Shown here one piece after another: positions 28,395 through 37,763 of a stretch of DNA of 61,715 nt. Within the stretch, counting starts at the first letter, position 1, and every line of letters starts with the position of its first letter. The stretch comes from a bacterium (GTDB taxonomy: Bacteria > Patescibacteriota > Patescibacteriia > UBA9934 > GWF2-40-263). The position numbers were made by a program, and so were the translations under genes. The notes under the pieces are model-generated. The model worked only from the letters and a program-made list of their open reading frames with translations. It did not search any database and was not told the DNA's origin. The stretch is from positions 1 to 61,715 of the forward strand of contig JAGVFR010000013.1 of the NCBI GenBank assembly GCA_020057555.1. Reading direction: 5' to 3'.

Positions 28395-28523
28395 ATTGAG
28401 ACCTCTGAAAAAAACGATCTGCTCGTGCTTCGGCTAAGAAGACCCTCACCGTAGCGATTGCTACGCCTCGGATTTTCTTAGTCTCCAGCACGTCGCATCT
28501 CATCTTTTTTCAAAGGTCTCAAT
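28395..28523 (-). repeat. long imperfect hairpin in the 5' leader of the 27669..28325 gene
   Basis: 19-nt arms ATTGAGACCTCTGAAAAAA / TTTTTTCAAAGGTCTCAAT enclose ~90 nt with nested pairings (CTAAGAA/TTCTTAG, GTAGC-GAT-TGCTAC). Confidence 0.55.
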
Positions 28524-28548
28524 TTTGCAGAGATCTTTATCAAAAATG

Positions 28549-28597
28549 CCAGAATTATCTGGACAAATAACGTATCAAAATATAACAATATTGTCAA
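28549..28597 (-). promoter_or_regulatory. promoter plus CCAGA/TCTGG palindrome for the 27669..28325 gene
   Basis: Minus strand: TTGACA (28597-28592), 17-nt spacer, TACGTT, then TCCAGA-TAAT-TCTGG. The -35 overlaps the rnhA stop codon. Confidence 0.5.
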
Positions 28598-29010
28598 TGC
28601 CTCAATGAATCTAAAACTTTATTCACCAACTCATCAGCTTCTTTGTTTTTTTCACGACGAACATGCGTGAATGTAACTTTACGAAATGAATGCAAAAGAT
28701 TCTTAACTTCTAAAAATCTTTTAGCGATTTCTGAATCTTTAACTTTGTATTCACCTTTAAGCTGACGATACGCAAGTTCTGAATCGAGATAAACTTCGAT
28801 CTGTCTGCAACCGAGCGCGCGAGCTTTTTCAAGACCAATAACAATCGCTATGTACTCAGCTTGATTGTTTGTTGTTTTGCCAAGATATTTTGAAGCTGTC
28901 GCGATTGTTTTACCTTCTTTTCCAGCGATAATTTCTTTTAATACAGCGGCTGACGCGGCAGGTCCTGGGTTTCCACGAGAACCACCGTCGGTGTAGATAC
29001 GGAGATGCAT
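28594..29010 (-). CDS. rnhA: ribonuclease HI
   Basis: IYTDGGSRGNPGPAA..., NNQAEYIAIVIGLE, REKNKEADELVN. Start at MHLRIY; the track extension reads through a word repeat. Confidence 0.9.
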   Translation of the reverse strand: MHLRIYTDGGSRGNPGPAASAAVLKEIIAGKEGKTIATASKYLGKTTNNQAEYIAIVIGLEKARALGCRQIEVYLDSELAYRQLKGEYKVKDSEIAKRFLEVKNLLHSFRKVTFTHVRREKNKEADELVNKVLDSLRH

Positions 29011-29016
29011 AGAATA

Positions 29017-29055
29017 TGAAAAAGTCCAAGAAGACCAAAAGGACCAAAAGGATAA
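29017..29055. repeat. GGACCAAAAGG word repeat (family K)
   Basis: GTCCAAGAAGACCAAAAGGACCAAAAGGA directly upstream of the rnhA start. Confidence 0.6.
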
Positions 29056-29060
29056 AAACA

Positions 29061-30155
29061 TTAACGAATTAGTTTGATTAACTGTGGAAGCTCTGCAACT
29101 GTTTCTACACGAAATCGCACGCGGCCAAGAACTTGCCCGCGTTTTGTTTCAACATCAACACGCCACAAACCAGGGGTTATAGCTGTTTTCATTGAATACC
29201 CGCGATACCCTTCCTCGCGACCACCGGTAATTGAAAACGACAAACGATCTTTTTGAATCCACGCGTGTTTTTCTTCATCATAAATTTGCCAATTATGAAC
29301 AACAATCGTGTTCAGTTCGGTTGGCGCAAAAATTGATGAAAAAACAAACACGCGATCGCTTTTTTGTATGTGAATTGTTTGAACTGGAAGAATGCGTTCG
29401 ATCAGACTTCGATTCTCATCAAGAATTTGATACTGACCATCTGAACGCATGACACTATGATACACACCAGCTTCTCGAAGTGAAAGAGGAATTGGCGGAA
29501 TCAGATTCAAAAAATACAAAGCGTTCATTATAACGAAAATTGACAGTGTGCAGACTATAACTCGCTTCCCTGTTAATCTTATTTTTTCAAAAAACTTTGC
29601 AAGAACCGATAGATACAACAAGAAAAATCCAAGACTCAAGACGCCAGACGCGACGAAAAATAATGGATCGATTGAATTGAACAAGTAAGAAAAAATTACA
29701 GAGAAAACAGAAAAGAGAACAAAATAATATACACTCATGTGAATCAACGGCCTGACATACGCTGTACGGAACACTTCATTTGACAGCATTAGGAATGCAA
29801 TCAAAATGAGCAGTGGCCAGCTCACGGAAAACGATCCGCTAAACCAATAAAAAATAAAAGACGCGCTCAAAAGCGCGCCAAGCGAAAACTGAAGAATAAG
29901 CGGAGCAAGCAAACAAAGATAAGAAATTATTTTGCCTTTACGGTTTACGATATATAACAACACTATTGCAGAACCGACAATTACAATATGAACAGCAAGA
30001 ATCAAAAACGCAGTTTGAATTTGAATGCTTTTGAATGTTACAAAATCAACTGCAACACCAAACAAGAGCGTGCCAGGAAGAAGCACACGTTCGTATTTCT
30101 CAAAAAAAAGTTTCAATTTTTCGTATCGAACCAATCTTTTCACTTGCTCTTTCAT
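29061..30155 (-). CDS. polytopic membrane protein with C-terminal beta-rich domain (DUF2914-like)
   Basis: About 8 TM helices followed by ...GLWRVDVETKRGQVLGRVRFRV. ATGA overlap with the maf stop. Confidence 0.45.
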   Translation of the reverse strand: MKEQVKRLVRYEKLKLFFEKYERVLLPGTLLFGVAVDFVTFKSIQIQTAFLILAVHIVIVGSAIVLLYIVNRKGKIISYLCLLAPLILQFSLGALLSASFIFYWFSGSFSVSWPLLILIAFLMLSNEVFRTAYVRPLIHMSVYYFVLFSVFSVIFSYLFNSIDPLFFVASGVLSLGFFLLYLSVLAKFFEKIRLTGKRVIVCTLSIFVIMNALYFLNLIPPIPLSLREAGVYHSVMRSDGQYQILDENRSLIERILPVQTIHIQKSDRVFVFSSIFAPTELNTIVVHNWQIYDEEKHAWIQKDRLSFSITGGREEGYRGYSMKTAITPGLWRVDVETKRGQVLGRVRFRVETVAELPQLIKLIR

Positions 30156-30766
30156 ACGTTGTGTTGTTTTGAGTCTTCCGAAATAAAATCCCAAACATCG
30201 ATTCCAAATTCATTCAAAAGTCTGGCAAGTGTCGTCACTGATAATCCAAGTATACCAAAATAGTCACCTTGAATTTTATCAGCAAACAAAGAGGCATATC
30301 CCTGAATCGCGTACGCGCCAGCATGACCAAACGGTTCGTTAGTATTAATATAGTTCTCAATCTCCTGATCTGAATACGATCTAAATGTAACATAAGACAC
30401 AGAAACATTGGTTTTTACAATGCTTGTTTCTGTATCGATAATCGCAAGACCGGTCATTTGCTGGTGTGTTGTTCCACGTAAAAGCTTAAGCATCTCTCGC
30501 GCATCCCCTGGTGTTTTTGGTTTACCCAATCGATGATTTCCAAACACAATAATTGAATCTCCACCTATCACAATCGCATTTTTATATTTTTCTGCAACAG
30601 CTTTGACTTTTCCAAAAGCTAAATGTTGGACTAATTCTCTTGGTGGAAGATCAAGCGCCATATCCTCTGCATATTCACTAGCAACAGCTTCAAATGGAAT
30701 ATGTAAAAGTGTCATCAATTGTTTTCGCCTTGGCGAAGTAGAAGCAAGAATAATTTTTTTGTTCAT
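30152..30766 (-). CDS. maf: Maf-family nucleoside triphosphate pyrophosphatase
   Basis: IILASTSPRRKQLM..., GAYAIQG. Confidence 0.9.
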   Translation of the reverse strand: MNKKIILASTSPRRKQLMTLLHIPFEAVASEYAEDMALDLPPRELVQHLAFGKVKAVAEKYKNAIVIGGDSIIVFGNHRLGKPKTPGDAREMLKLLRGTTHQQMTGLAIIDTETSIVKTNVSVSYVTFRSYSDQEIENYINTNEPFGHAGAYAIQGYASLFADKIQGDYFGILGLSVTTLARLLNEFGIDVWDFISEDSKQHNV

Positions 30767-32514
30767 ACGTTGTTTTTGATGATAATATCTTCAACTTGTA
30801 ACTGCAATTCGCGGTTGCCGTTCCATTCATTAACTCTAACATGATAAACAAGATCAATCGACTGTCCAAGTGAGATATTTTGCGCGCGATCACCAAAACC
30901 AAAAGCAATCGCTGGAAGTATTTGACCTTGCGGAGAACGAACAGAAAGTTTTAGATGCTTTCCTTCGTTTCCAACTGGCGCAAAAGAAACAAGTGTCAAA
31001 CCGCGTGAAGAAAATAACGGCTCTGTATTTCCATGTCCAAAAGGCCGACATCGTTCAAGTGAATCAAATAGCGACCAATTGATTTCTTCCAGCGTCAATT
31101 CCTTTTCTATATCAAGATGTGGAATTAGATCTTCTTGTTTTATTTTTTCTAACGCAAAAGCATGAAGTGAATCTACAACTAATTTAAGATTTTCTTCTCC
31201 GCGAATTGAGAAACCGCAAGCCTGCGGATGACCACCAAATTTTTCCAAATGCGCAGATACATGGTGAAGTGCTGATGTCACATCAAAATCTCCAAATGTT
31301 CTTCCTGATCCAACATACAAATCACCTGACTTTCCAATCACATACACCGGACGTTTGTGTTCGTTTACAAGTTTTCCAGCAACAAGACCGACAAGACCTG
31401 GAGACCAGGAATCGGAAATAGCGATCAAAATATTTGTGAATGGTAGGGTTGATAAAAAAACTTTTGCTTCGCCAAACATTTGTGAAGACTGACGCTGACG
31501 CTCTTTATTTGTTTCCTGTAGACGCATCGCAAGTTCTGTCGCTAGTGTTTCATCTTCTGCCAATAACAAATCCAAAGCTTCGGTTGCGTGATTGATTCGT
31601 CCTGCCGCGTTCAATCGAGGTCCAATTTGAAAACCGATCGAGGTTGTATCAAGTGTTCCAAATGTTCCACCTGAAATCTCAATCAATTTTCGTAAACCGA
31701 TTCGTTTTGTTTTATTCAAAACAAGAAGTCCGAACATTTCCAACAATCGATTTTCTCCCAAAAGCGGCATCACGTCTGTAACAGTCGCGACAGCAACAAG
31801 ATCAAGCAGCCATTTTTCAAATCCTTCAGGAATTTTAGCACCACGTTTTCTCGCTTCTTCATACAAAGAACACGCGAGCTTGAACGCGACACCTGTTCCA
31901 CACAAAAATTTGTTTGGATATGTTTCACCTTTGATAAGAGGATGAATTATAATCGTTTGATCTGGTATTTCATCAGGAATTGCGTGATGATCGCAAATGA
32001 TTGTGTCTGTACCAAAAGTTTTCGCGTGATCAATCGCTTGCTTGTTACTGATCCCACAATCAACTGTGATAATAAGTTTCGTGTGCTCGTGCGTGTTCAA
32101 ATGTTCAACTGTTTCAACTGACAAACCATATCCTTCTTTTTCACGATGTGGAATATATGAAGTGACAAGTTTTTCATCAAACAAAAATGCGCGACACAAA
32201 TCACGCAAGCATGTTAGCAAAAGTGTATTTCCACAAACACCGTCAGCATCGTAATCACCGTGAACTGTTATTGTTTCTTTTTGTTCAAGCGCTTGAAAAA
32301 TTCTTTGCACAGCTTTGTTCATTTGATGAAACAAAGCTGGCGAGTGAATATCGCGACTCCAATCCGGGCCGAGATATAAGTCCATTTCTTCTTGTGTACG
32401 CAAATTCCGATTCCAAAGCAACTGCAAAAGAACCGGATGAATTTCCGGAAACTGTTGCTTCACCTCCTCACTTATTGATTCAGCAATTTTCCAAATTGAT
32501 TTTTTGTAACTCAC
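30763..32514 (-). CDS. recJ: single-stranded-DNA-specific exonuclease RecJ
   Basis: VHGDYDADGV, ICDHHA, GGHPQACG (DHH/DHHA1). Confidence 0.9.
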   Translation of the reverse strand: MSYKKSIWKIAESISEEVKQQFPEIHPVLLQLLWNRNLRTQEEMDLYLGPDWSRDIHSPALFHQMNKAVQRIFQALEQKETITVHGDYDADGVCGNTLLLTCLRDLCRAFLFDEKLVTSYIPHREKEGYGLSVETVEHLNTHEHTKLIITVDCGISNKQAIDHAKTFGTDTIICDHHAIPDEIPDQTIIIHPLIKGETYPNKFLCGTGVAFKLACSLYEEARKRGAKIPEGFEKWLLDLVAVATVTDVMPLLGENRLLEMFGLLVLNKTKRIGLRKLIEISGGTFGTLDTTSIGFQIGPRLNAAGRINHATEALDLLLAEDETLATELAMRLQETNKERQRQSSQMFGEAKVFLSTLPFTNILIAISDSWSPGLVGLVAGKLVNEHKRPVYVIGKSGDLYVGSGRTFGDFDVTSALHHVSAHLEKFGGHPQACGFSIRGEENLKLVVDSLHAFALEKIKQEDLIPHLDIEKELTLEEINWSLFDSLERCRPFGHGNTEPLFSSRGLTLVSFAPVGNEGKHLKLSVRSPQGQILPAIAFGFGDRAQNISLGQSIDLVYHVRVNEWNGNRELQLQVEDIIIKNNV

Positions 32515-32609
32515 AAACCAAGACCAACGACGACACTAAACAAAACCATTGAGAGAATCACCATCACGACAATGATTGTCCAAAATACTCGAAACCTTTT
32601 TTGGTGCAT
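32511..32609 (-). CDS. possible 32-aa membrane peptide, translationally coupled to recJ
   Basis: MHQKRFRVFWTIIVVMVILSMVLFSVVVGLGL. Its TGA overlaps the recJ GTG start (GTGA). Too short for the ORF track. Confidence 0.35.
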   Translation of the reverse strand: MHQKRFRVFWTIIVVMVILSMVLFSVVVGLGL

Positions 32610-32615
32610 ACTTTT

Positions 32616-34406
32616 TTATTCGCGTTTTAATACTTTAAGATAAGCGTCTGTCGGAATGTTTACTGTCCCTTTTCCGATTTCTGCCATTTTTGCTTTTCCC
32701 TTTTTCTGTTTTTCCAAAAGTTTACGCTTGCGTGTCACATCTCCACCATAAAGTTTCGCAGTAACATCTTTACTCATCGCGGATATTCGCTCTGATGCAA
32801 CAATTTTTCCGCCAATACTCGCTTGAAGTTTGATAACAAAATTTTCCCTTGGAATAGTGTCTTTTAAAATATTTAACACGCGTCGTCCGGTGCGCTGTGC
32901 TTCATTTTGATATACAAGAGTAGCAAACGCGTCAACAGCTTCTTCAGCAACCAAAATATCCATGCGCACAACATCCGCGTCGCGATATCCAATCAATTCA
33001 TAATTCATCGAACCATATCCAGCAGTTGCGCCTTTTAGTTTGTCGTAAAAATCCACAATGATCATTGAAAGTGGAATTTCGTAATGCAAGATCGCGCGCT
33101 CGCCAAGAAGATACTCTGTATTTTTATATACACCGCGTCGCTCTTGCACAAGATTCATAATTCCACCGATATATTCTGAAGGACTTACAATATCCATTTT
33201 CACCCAAGGCTCCTCAATCTTCTCAATAAAAGAAGGATCAGGAAGTTCCAATGGACTTTTGATAGTTTTTATTTCGCCTTTTCGCAAAATCACTCGATAA
33301 GCAACCGAGGGAACAGTAACAACTAAATCAAGACCGAATTCACGTTCCAAACGCTCTTTGAGAATTTCCAAATGCAACATTCCAAGAAGTCCAGCGCGAA
33401 ATCCATAACCAAGCGCTGGTGAATGTTCTGATTCATAAACAAGTGAAGAGTCATTTAGTTTGAGCCGTTCGATCGCTTCACGCAAACGTTGAAAATCATC
33501 CCCTTCTTTTGGAAAAACTCCGGCATAAACCATTGGACGAACTTCTTTGTATCCAGCAAGCGCTGAAACGTTCGCGTTTCGATCGGTGATTGTGTCACCA
33601 ACACGACAACTTCCAATCTCTTTCAAACCACTTACCATATACCCGATTTGTCCGCATTCAAGAATCGGCGATGATTTCAAACCGCCAGGAGTTACTGCTC
33701 CAACTTCTAAAACTTCAAATGTTTTATCAGTGGCAACCATGCGCACAAGGGATCCTTTTTTAATTTCTCCGTCCATGACGCGAATGTATGCCATGACTCC
33801 GCGATAATCGTCGTAGAATGAATCAAAAATGAGCGCGCGAGTTGGCGAATCTTTTTTTCCAGATGGCGGCGGAATTCGATTCACGATTTCTTGCAATAAT
33901 AGTTCAACCCCATGCCCTGTTTTTCCACTCACACATAAAATTTCCTCTGGTTTGCATCCGAGTAATTGAACAAGCTCTTCCTTTCTACGTTCAACATCAG
34001 CGGCTGGGAGATCAATTTTGTTGAGAACCGGAATGATTGTGAGTTCCTCTTCAAGAGCAAGATATAAATTGCCGATTGTTTGAGCTTGAATTCCTTGTGT
34101 CGCGTCAACAAGAAGTACCGCGCCTTCAACTGCCGCAAGAGAGCGAGAAACTTCGTAATTGAAATCAACGTGACCCGGAGTGTCAATCAAATTTAAGATA
34201 GTGTCTCTCCACATCATTCTTGCTGGCGCGAGTTTAATCGTAATTCCCTTCTCACGTTCCAAATCCATTGAATCCAAAATCTGTTCTTTCATGTTTCGCT
34301 TATCAACAGTTCCTGTAATTTCAAGCAACCGATCCGCGAGAGTGGATTTTCCATGATCAATGTGAGCAATAATGCAAAAATTTCGGATATTGGATTGATC
34401 GGACAT
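32616..34406 (-). CDS. lepA: translation elongation factor 4 (LepA)
   Basis: IRNFCIIAHIDHGKSTLADR, DTPGHVDF, NKID, LepA C-terminal domain. Confidence 0.97.
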   Translation of the reverse strand: MSDQSNIRNFCIIAHIDHGKSTLADRLLEITGTVDKRNMKEQILDSMDLEREKGITIKLAPARMMWRDTILNLIDTPGHVDFNYEVSRSLAAVEGAVLLVDATQGIQAQTIGNLYLALEEELTIIPVLNKIDLPAADVERRKEELVQLLGCKPEEILCVSGKTGHGVELLLQEIVNRIPPPSGKKDSPTRALIFDSFYDDYRGVMAYIRVMDGEIKKGSLVRMVATDKTFEVLEVGAVTPGGLKSSPILECGQIGYMVSGLKEIGSCRVGDTITDRNANVSALAGYKEVRPMVYAGVFPKEGDDFQRLREAIERLKLNDSSLVYESEHSPALGYGFRAGLLGMLHLEILKERLEREFGLDLVVTVPSVAYRVILRKGEIKTIKSPLELPDPSFIEKIEEPWVKMDIVSPSEYIGGIMNLVQERRGVYKNTEYLLGERAILHYEIPLSMIIVDFYDKLKGATAGYGSMNYELIGYRDADVVRMDILVAEEAVDAFATLVYQNEAQRTGRRVLNILKDTIPRENFVIKLQASIGGKIVASERISAMSKDVTAKLYGGDVTRKRKLLEKQKKGKAKMAEIGKGTVNIPTDAYLKVLKRE

Positions 34407-34501
34407 AAAAAATGAAAGCCGTTAGCTTTTAGCTGTTAGCCGTTAGAACAGAAAATGCGTTTGCTTTACCTAAAGGCTAATGGCTAAAAGCTAGTGGCTA
34501 T
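34407..34501. repeat. GCTAA-word palindromic repeat (family G)
   Basis: GCCGTTAGCTTTTAGCTGTTAGCCGTTAG ... CTAAAGGCTAATGGCTAAAAGCTAGTGGC. Confidence 0.7.
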
Positions 34502-35869
34502 TTATATTTCGTACTTCTCCTGAAACTCTGGAATAACAACTTCGGTTTTCAATTCATGACGCAGATGTGTTGCAAACACTTCTTGAGCTTCTAAATCTCC
34601 ATGCACAAGAAAAACCTTTTGAGGAATCTTTCCATCTTCTGGATGAAGCCATCGAGTGAGTTTATTCATATCTCCATGCGCAGAAAAAGCGCCGATTGCT
34701 GTTGTTCGAGCGTTTACTCTTACTTCTTCACCGTAAATTATCACACGTTTTGCTCCTTCGTAAATTTTTCGACCGATCGTTCCTTTTGCTTGATAGCCAA
34801 TGATAAGCAATGTTGTTTTTGGATCTGAAAGATAACGAATCAAATGATGCATGATTCGACCACCGGACATCATGCCAGAACCTGCAACAATGACTTTTGG
34901 CGGAGGAGTGTCATTGATTTTTTTTGATTCATCCACTGTCAATGTTTCTCTCAAATTCTTAAAACTAAAAAAATCTCGGTCAGCTTCTTGTAAAATCGAG
35001 GCATCAAATTCCAAATACTCTTTGAAATCGCGATAAAGTTGAGTCGCGCGAATCGCCATTGGACTATCAAGAAAAATCGGACAACTGGTTACAAGATCAT
35101 GCTCAAGAATTTGATTCAACGCATACAAAAGTTCTTGAGTACGTTCGATCGAAAATGCTGGGATAAGAAGAACTGATCTATCTTTGAGTGTTTGTTCAAT
35201 CGCGGCTTTCAACTTTGACTCACGTTCACTAACTGGTTCGTGCACACGATGACCATAAGTTGATTCACAAACAACAATGTCAGCATGAGAAATTATTTCC
35301 GTGTCAGGTAAAATTGGCACATCATCGTTTCCAATATCACCGGAAAAAACAATTCGTTTTCCTTCAGCTTCTACAGAAATGAAAGCTGAACCAAGCACAT
35401 GCCCTGCCTCGTGAAACATCACAGAAATTCCAGGCGCAATATCAAGTTCCTCGTGATAAGCGACTCCATTTACGGAATCAAACGCGTTCAACAAATCTTC
35501 CATTTCATACAAAACTGAACTTCCACATTTTTCCGATTCTTCCTTCATTATGTGATGCGCGTCTTCAAGAACGAGCTTACTCAAACCAATGCACGGATGA
35601 GTCATATAAACAGGACCTTCAAACCCTGCTTTGAAAAGTTTTGGCAAACGTCCTGTGTGATCAGCGTGCGGATGAGTAACAAAAACAGCTTCGACTTGTT
35701 TTGCGTCAAAATCAAATGGCTCAAAGTTTTTTCCACCGCACAAATGTTCTCCTTGAAACATTCCGCAGTCAATTAAAAATTGATGCTCTTTTTTATTTGA
35801 ATCAAGAGCACGCAACAGAAAACACGAACCAGTTACTTCACGAGTGGCTCCGTGGAACGATAATTCCAT
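34502..35869 (-). CDS. MBL-fold beta-CASP ribonuclease/hydrolase
   Basis: GATREVTGSCFLL, HPHADHTGRLP, beta-CASP motifs. Confidence 0.8.
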   Translation of the reverse strand: MELSFHGATREVTGSCFLLRALDSNKKEHQFLIDCGMFQGEHLCGGKNFEPFDFDAKQVEAVFVTHPHADHTGRLPKLFKAGFEGPVYMTHPCIGLSKLVLEDAHHIMKEESEKCGSSVLYEMEDLLNAFDSVNGVAYHEELDIAPGISVMFHEAGHVLGSAFISVEAEGKRIVFSGDIGNDDVPILPDTEIISHADIVVCESTYGHRVHEPVSERESKLKAAIEQTLKDRSVLLIPAFSIERTQELLYALNQILEHDLVTSCPIFLDSPMAIRATQLYRDFKEYLEFDASILQEADRDFFSFKNLRETLTVDESKKINDTPPPKVIVAGSGMMSGGRIMHHLIRYLSDPKTTLLIIGYQAKGTIGRKIYEGAKRVIIYGEEVRVNARTTAIGAFSAHGDMNKLTRWLHPEDGKIPQKVFLVHGDLEAQEVFATHLRHELKTEVVIPEFQEKYEI

Positions 35870-36285
35870 ATTGATAAACCTAGAATTGAAAGAATAATCA
35901 TCTGTGAACTAACACAAATTAAACACCACACGCGTAAAATCGCAAATTCAATTCCAGTTAAATATAGGCTGAACAATAATCCACCGATGGATGCCAGAAG
36001 AACAAATTTATCCATTGAGCGGTCTGATTGATTGCGAAGCGAAAGAAACGCTCCGATTGCAAGAAACACATATCCGATCACACCAATCAGCGCGACTGGA
36101 ATTCCTGCAATTTGTGAATATGTACCTTTATTAACAACATCGCAATCAAACGTGCTATTTATGGAACAAAATTTTCCAGATGCGAAACCGGCGTTATGAA
36201 AAAGCGCGTAAAGAGAAATCGCAAAACCGATTAATGAAAGCGCTATTATCCATGTAAGACGTTTTGATTTCATATTTTTGCTCAT
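35833..36285 (-). CDS. vitamin K epoxide reductase (VKOR) family protein
   Basis: CSINSTFDCDVV, GIPVALIGVIGY, WCLIC. Confidence 0.85.
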   Translation of the reverse strand: MSKNMKSKRLTWIIALSLIGFAISLYALFHNAGFASGKFCSINSTFDCDVVNKGTYSQIAGIPVALIGVIGYVFLAIGAFLSLRNQSDRSMDKFVLLASIGGLLFSLYLTGIEFAILRVWCLICVSSQMIILSILGLSIWNYRSTEPLVK

Positions 36286-36671
36286 GGAGTTTGTGGAAGT
36301 TCACATTGACTTTTCTCTGCTAATTCGTCAAGCGACCGTTCACCTGAAAGTCTACTTCCATCAGCAAACTCCCAAGTTGGATAACCTTCTATTCCAGCGT
36401 CTTTGCACTCTTGACTCATTGCTTTTGAACCAGGAAGAGAACATTCAATATATGCCACTTTCTCAAACGCTCCTTCAAACAATTTTTTTTGACTCTGACA
36501 ATGAGGACACCACCATGCGCCGTACATTTTCACACTTTGATCAGTTAAACATTGGGCAAAGCTGTCATATTTAGACGGTCCTGAATTTTGTTTTATCACA
36601 ACAACAATCAAAATTACGACAATAATTGCCGCGGCCGCGTAAAGATAGGAGGAGGAAGATATTTTTGTCAT
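36282..36671 (-). CDS. membrane-anchored thioredoxin-like protein (VKOR partner)
   Basis: YGAWWCPHCQSQKKLF ... GIEGYPTWEF. Start at MTKISSS (alternative at 36704). Confidence 0.8.
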   Translation of the reverse strand: MTKISSSSYLYAAAAIIVVILIVVVIKQNSGPSKYDSFAQCLTDQSVKMYGAWWCPHCQSQKKLFEGAFEKVAYIECSLPGSKAMSQECKDAGIEGYPTWEFADGSRLSGERSLDELAEKSQCELPQTP

Positions 36672-36707
36672 ATTTGTTGTTAAAGTATACCCTATGACAA
36701 TCAAATT

Positions 36708-37763
36708 ATGAAATTGGATTGGAAAAAACTTAAACGCCCGATTTTGGCACTTTCGCCAATGGCCGACATGACTGATTCGGCGTTTTGTCGTATTGTGCGA
36801 AGAATAACAGAGTCGAGAGAGTCTAAAAAAGAGTCAATGGAGTCAATAGAGTTAAAAGAAACTACTGAACCAACTATATTGACTTCTTCGACTTCATTGA
36901 CTTCAAGACTAGTGTTGTTCCGCGAAATGGTTTCTTCGGAAGCTGTTGTGCGCGAAAACAAAAAAACTCTCAACATGACAACGATAAATCCAGTTGAACG
37001 TCCGATAGTGCAACAATTGTTTGGGAGCGATCCTGAAGTAATGGCCGAAGCCGCGCGAAAAATTGAAGAAGAACATCACCCTGAAGGTTTTGATATCAAC
37101 ATGGGTTGTCCTGTTTACAAAATAGTTCACAACTTCAACGGCGCAGCACTAATGAACGATCCAGAGCGCGCAACAGAGATTGTTAAAAAAATGAAGGCTA
37201 CAGTTTCTGTTCCAGTGTCAGTCAAAATCAGAACTGGTTGGTCTGATTCAAAACAATGTTTGGAATTTGCTCATGTGCTTGAAAACGCTGGGGCTGACAT
37301 GATCACGGTTCATGGACGAACAAAAGTTCAAGGATATTCTGGAAAATCAGATTGGGATCAAATTCGTGGAGTTAAAGAGCGTGTTTCAATTCCGGTTTTG
37401 GCAAATGGAGATATCCACACAGCTGAATTGACTTTGAAAGCTTTAGAACAAACAAAATGTGATGGAGTTTCTATTGCTCGCGGCGCGCTTGGTAATCCTT
37501 GGATATTTCGACAAATTTCGGAAATGTTGGATGTAAAAACTCCGACTCCTGTTTCTTGGAATGAGCGGATCGAGGTGATGAAAACACATTTTGCTTTTCA
37601 CATTGAACAATACGGCGAGCGAGGCGTTCCAACTTTTCGGAAACATGTAAGTTGGTATTTGCGTGGAATTGCAGGCGCAAAAAAATATAAAGAAAAACTT
37701 CACACAGCATTAACGGTCGAAGAAATTAATAATCTTTTGGATGAGATGAAAGATAAAATATGA
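36708..37763 (+). CDS. dus: tRNA-dihydrouridine synthase with an in-frame low-complexity insertion
   Basis: LSPMADMTDSAFCRIVRR...QLFGSDPE...DINMGCP...HGRT. A ~34-aa insert TESRESKKESMESIELKETTEPTILTSSTSLTS is present. Confidence 0.85.
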   Translation: MKLDWKKLKRPILALSPMADMTDSAFCRIVRRITESRESKKESMESIELKETTEPTILTSSTSLTSRLVLFREMVSSEAVVRENKKTLNMTTINPVERPIVQQLFGSDPEVMAEAARKIEEEHHPEGFDINMGCPVYKIVHNFNGAALMNDPERATEIVKKMKATVSVPVSVKIRTGWSDSKQCLEFAHVLENAGADMITVHGRTKVQGYSGKSDWDQIRGVKERVSIPVLANGDIHTAELTLKALEQTKCDGVSIARGALGNPWIFRQISEMLDVKTPTPVSWNERIEVMKTHFAFHIEQYGERGVPTFRKHVSWYLRGIAGAKKYKEKLHTALTVEEINNLLDEMKDKI

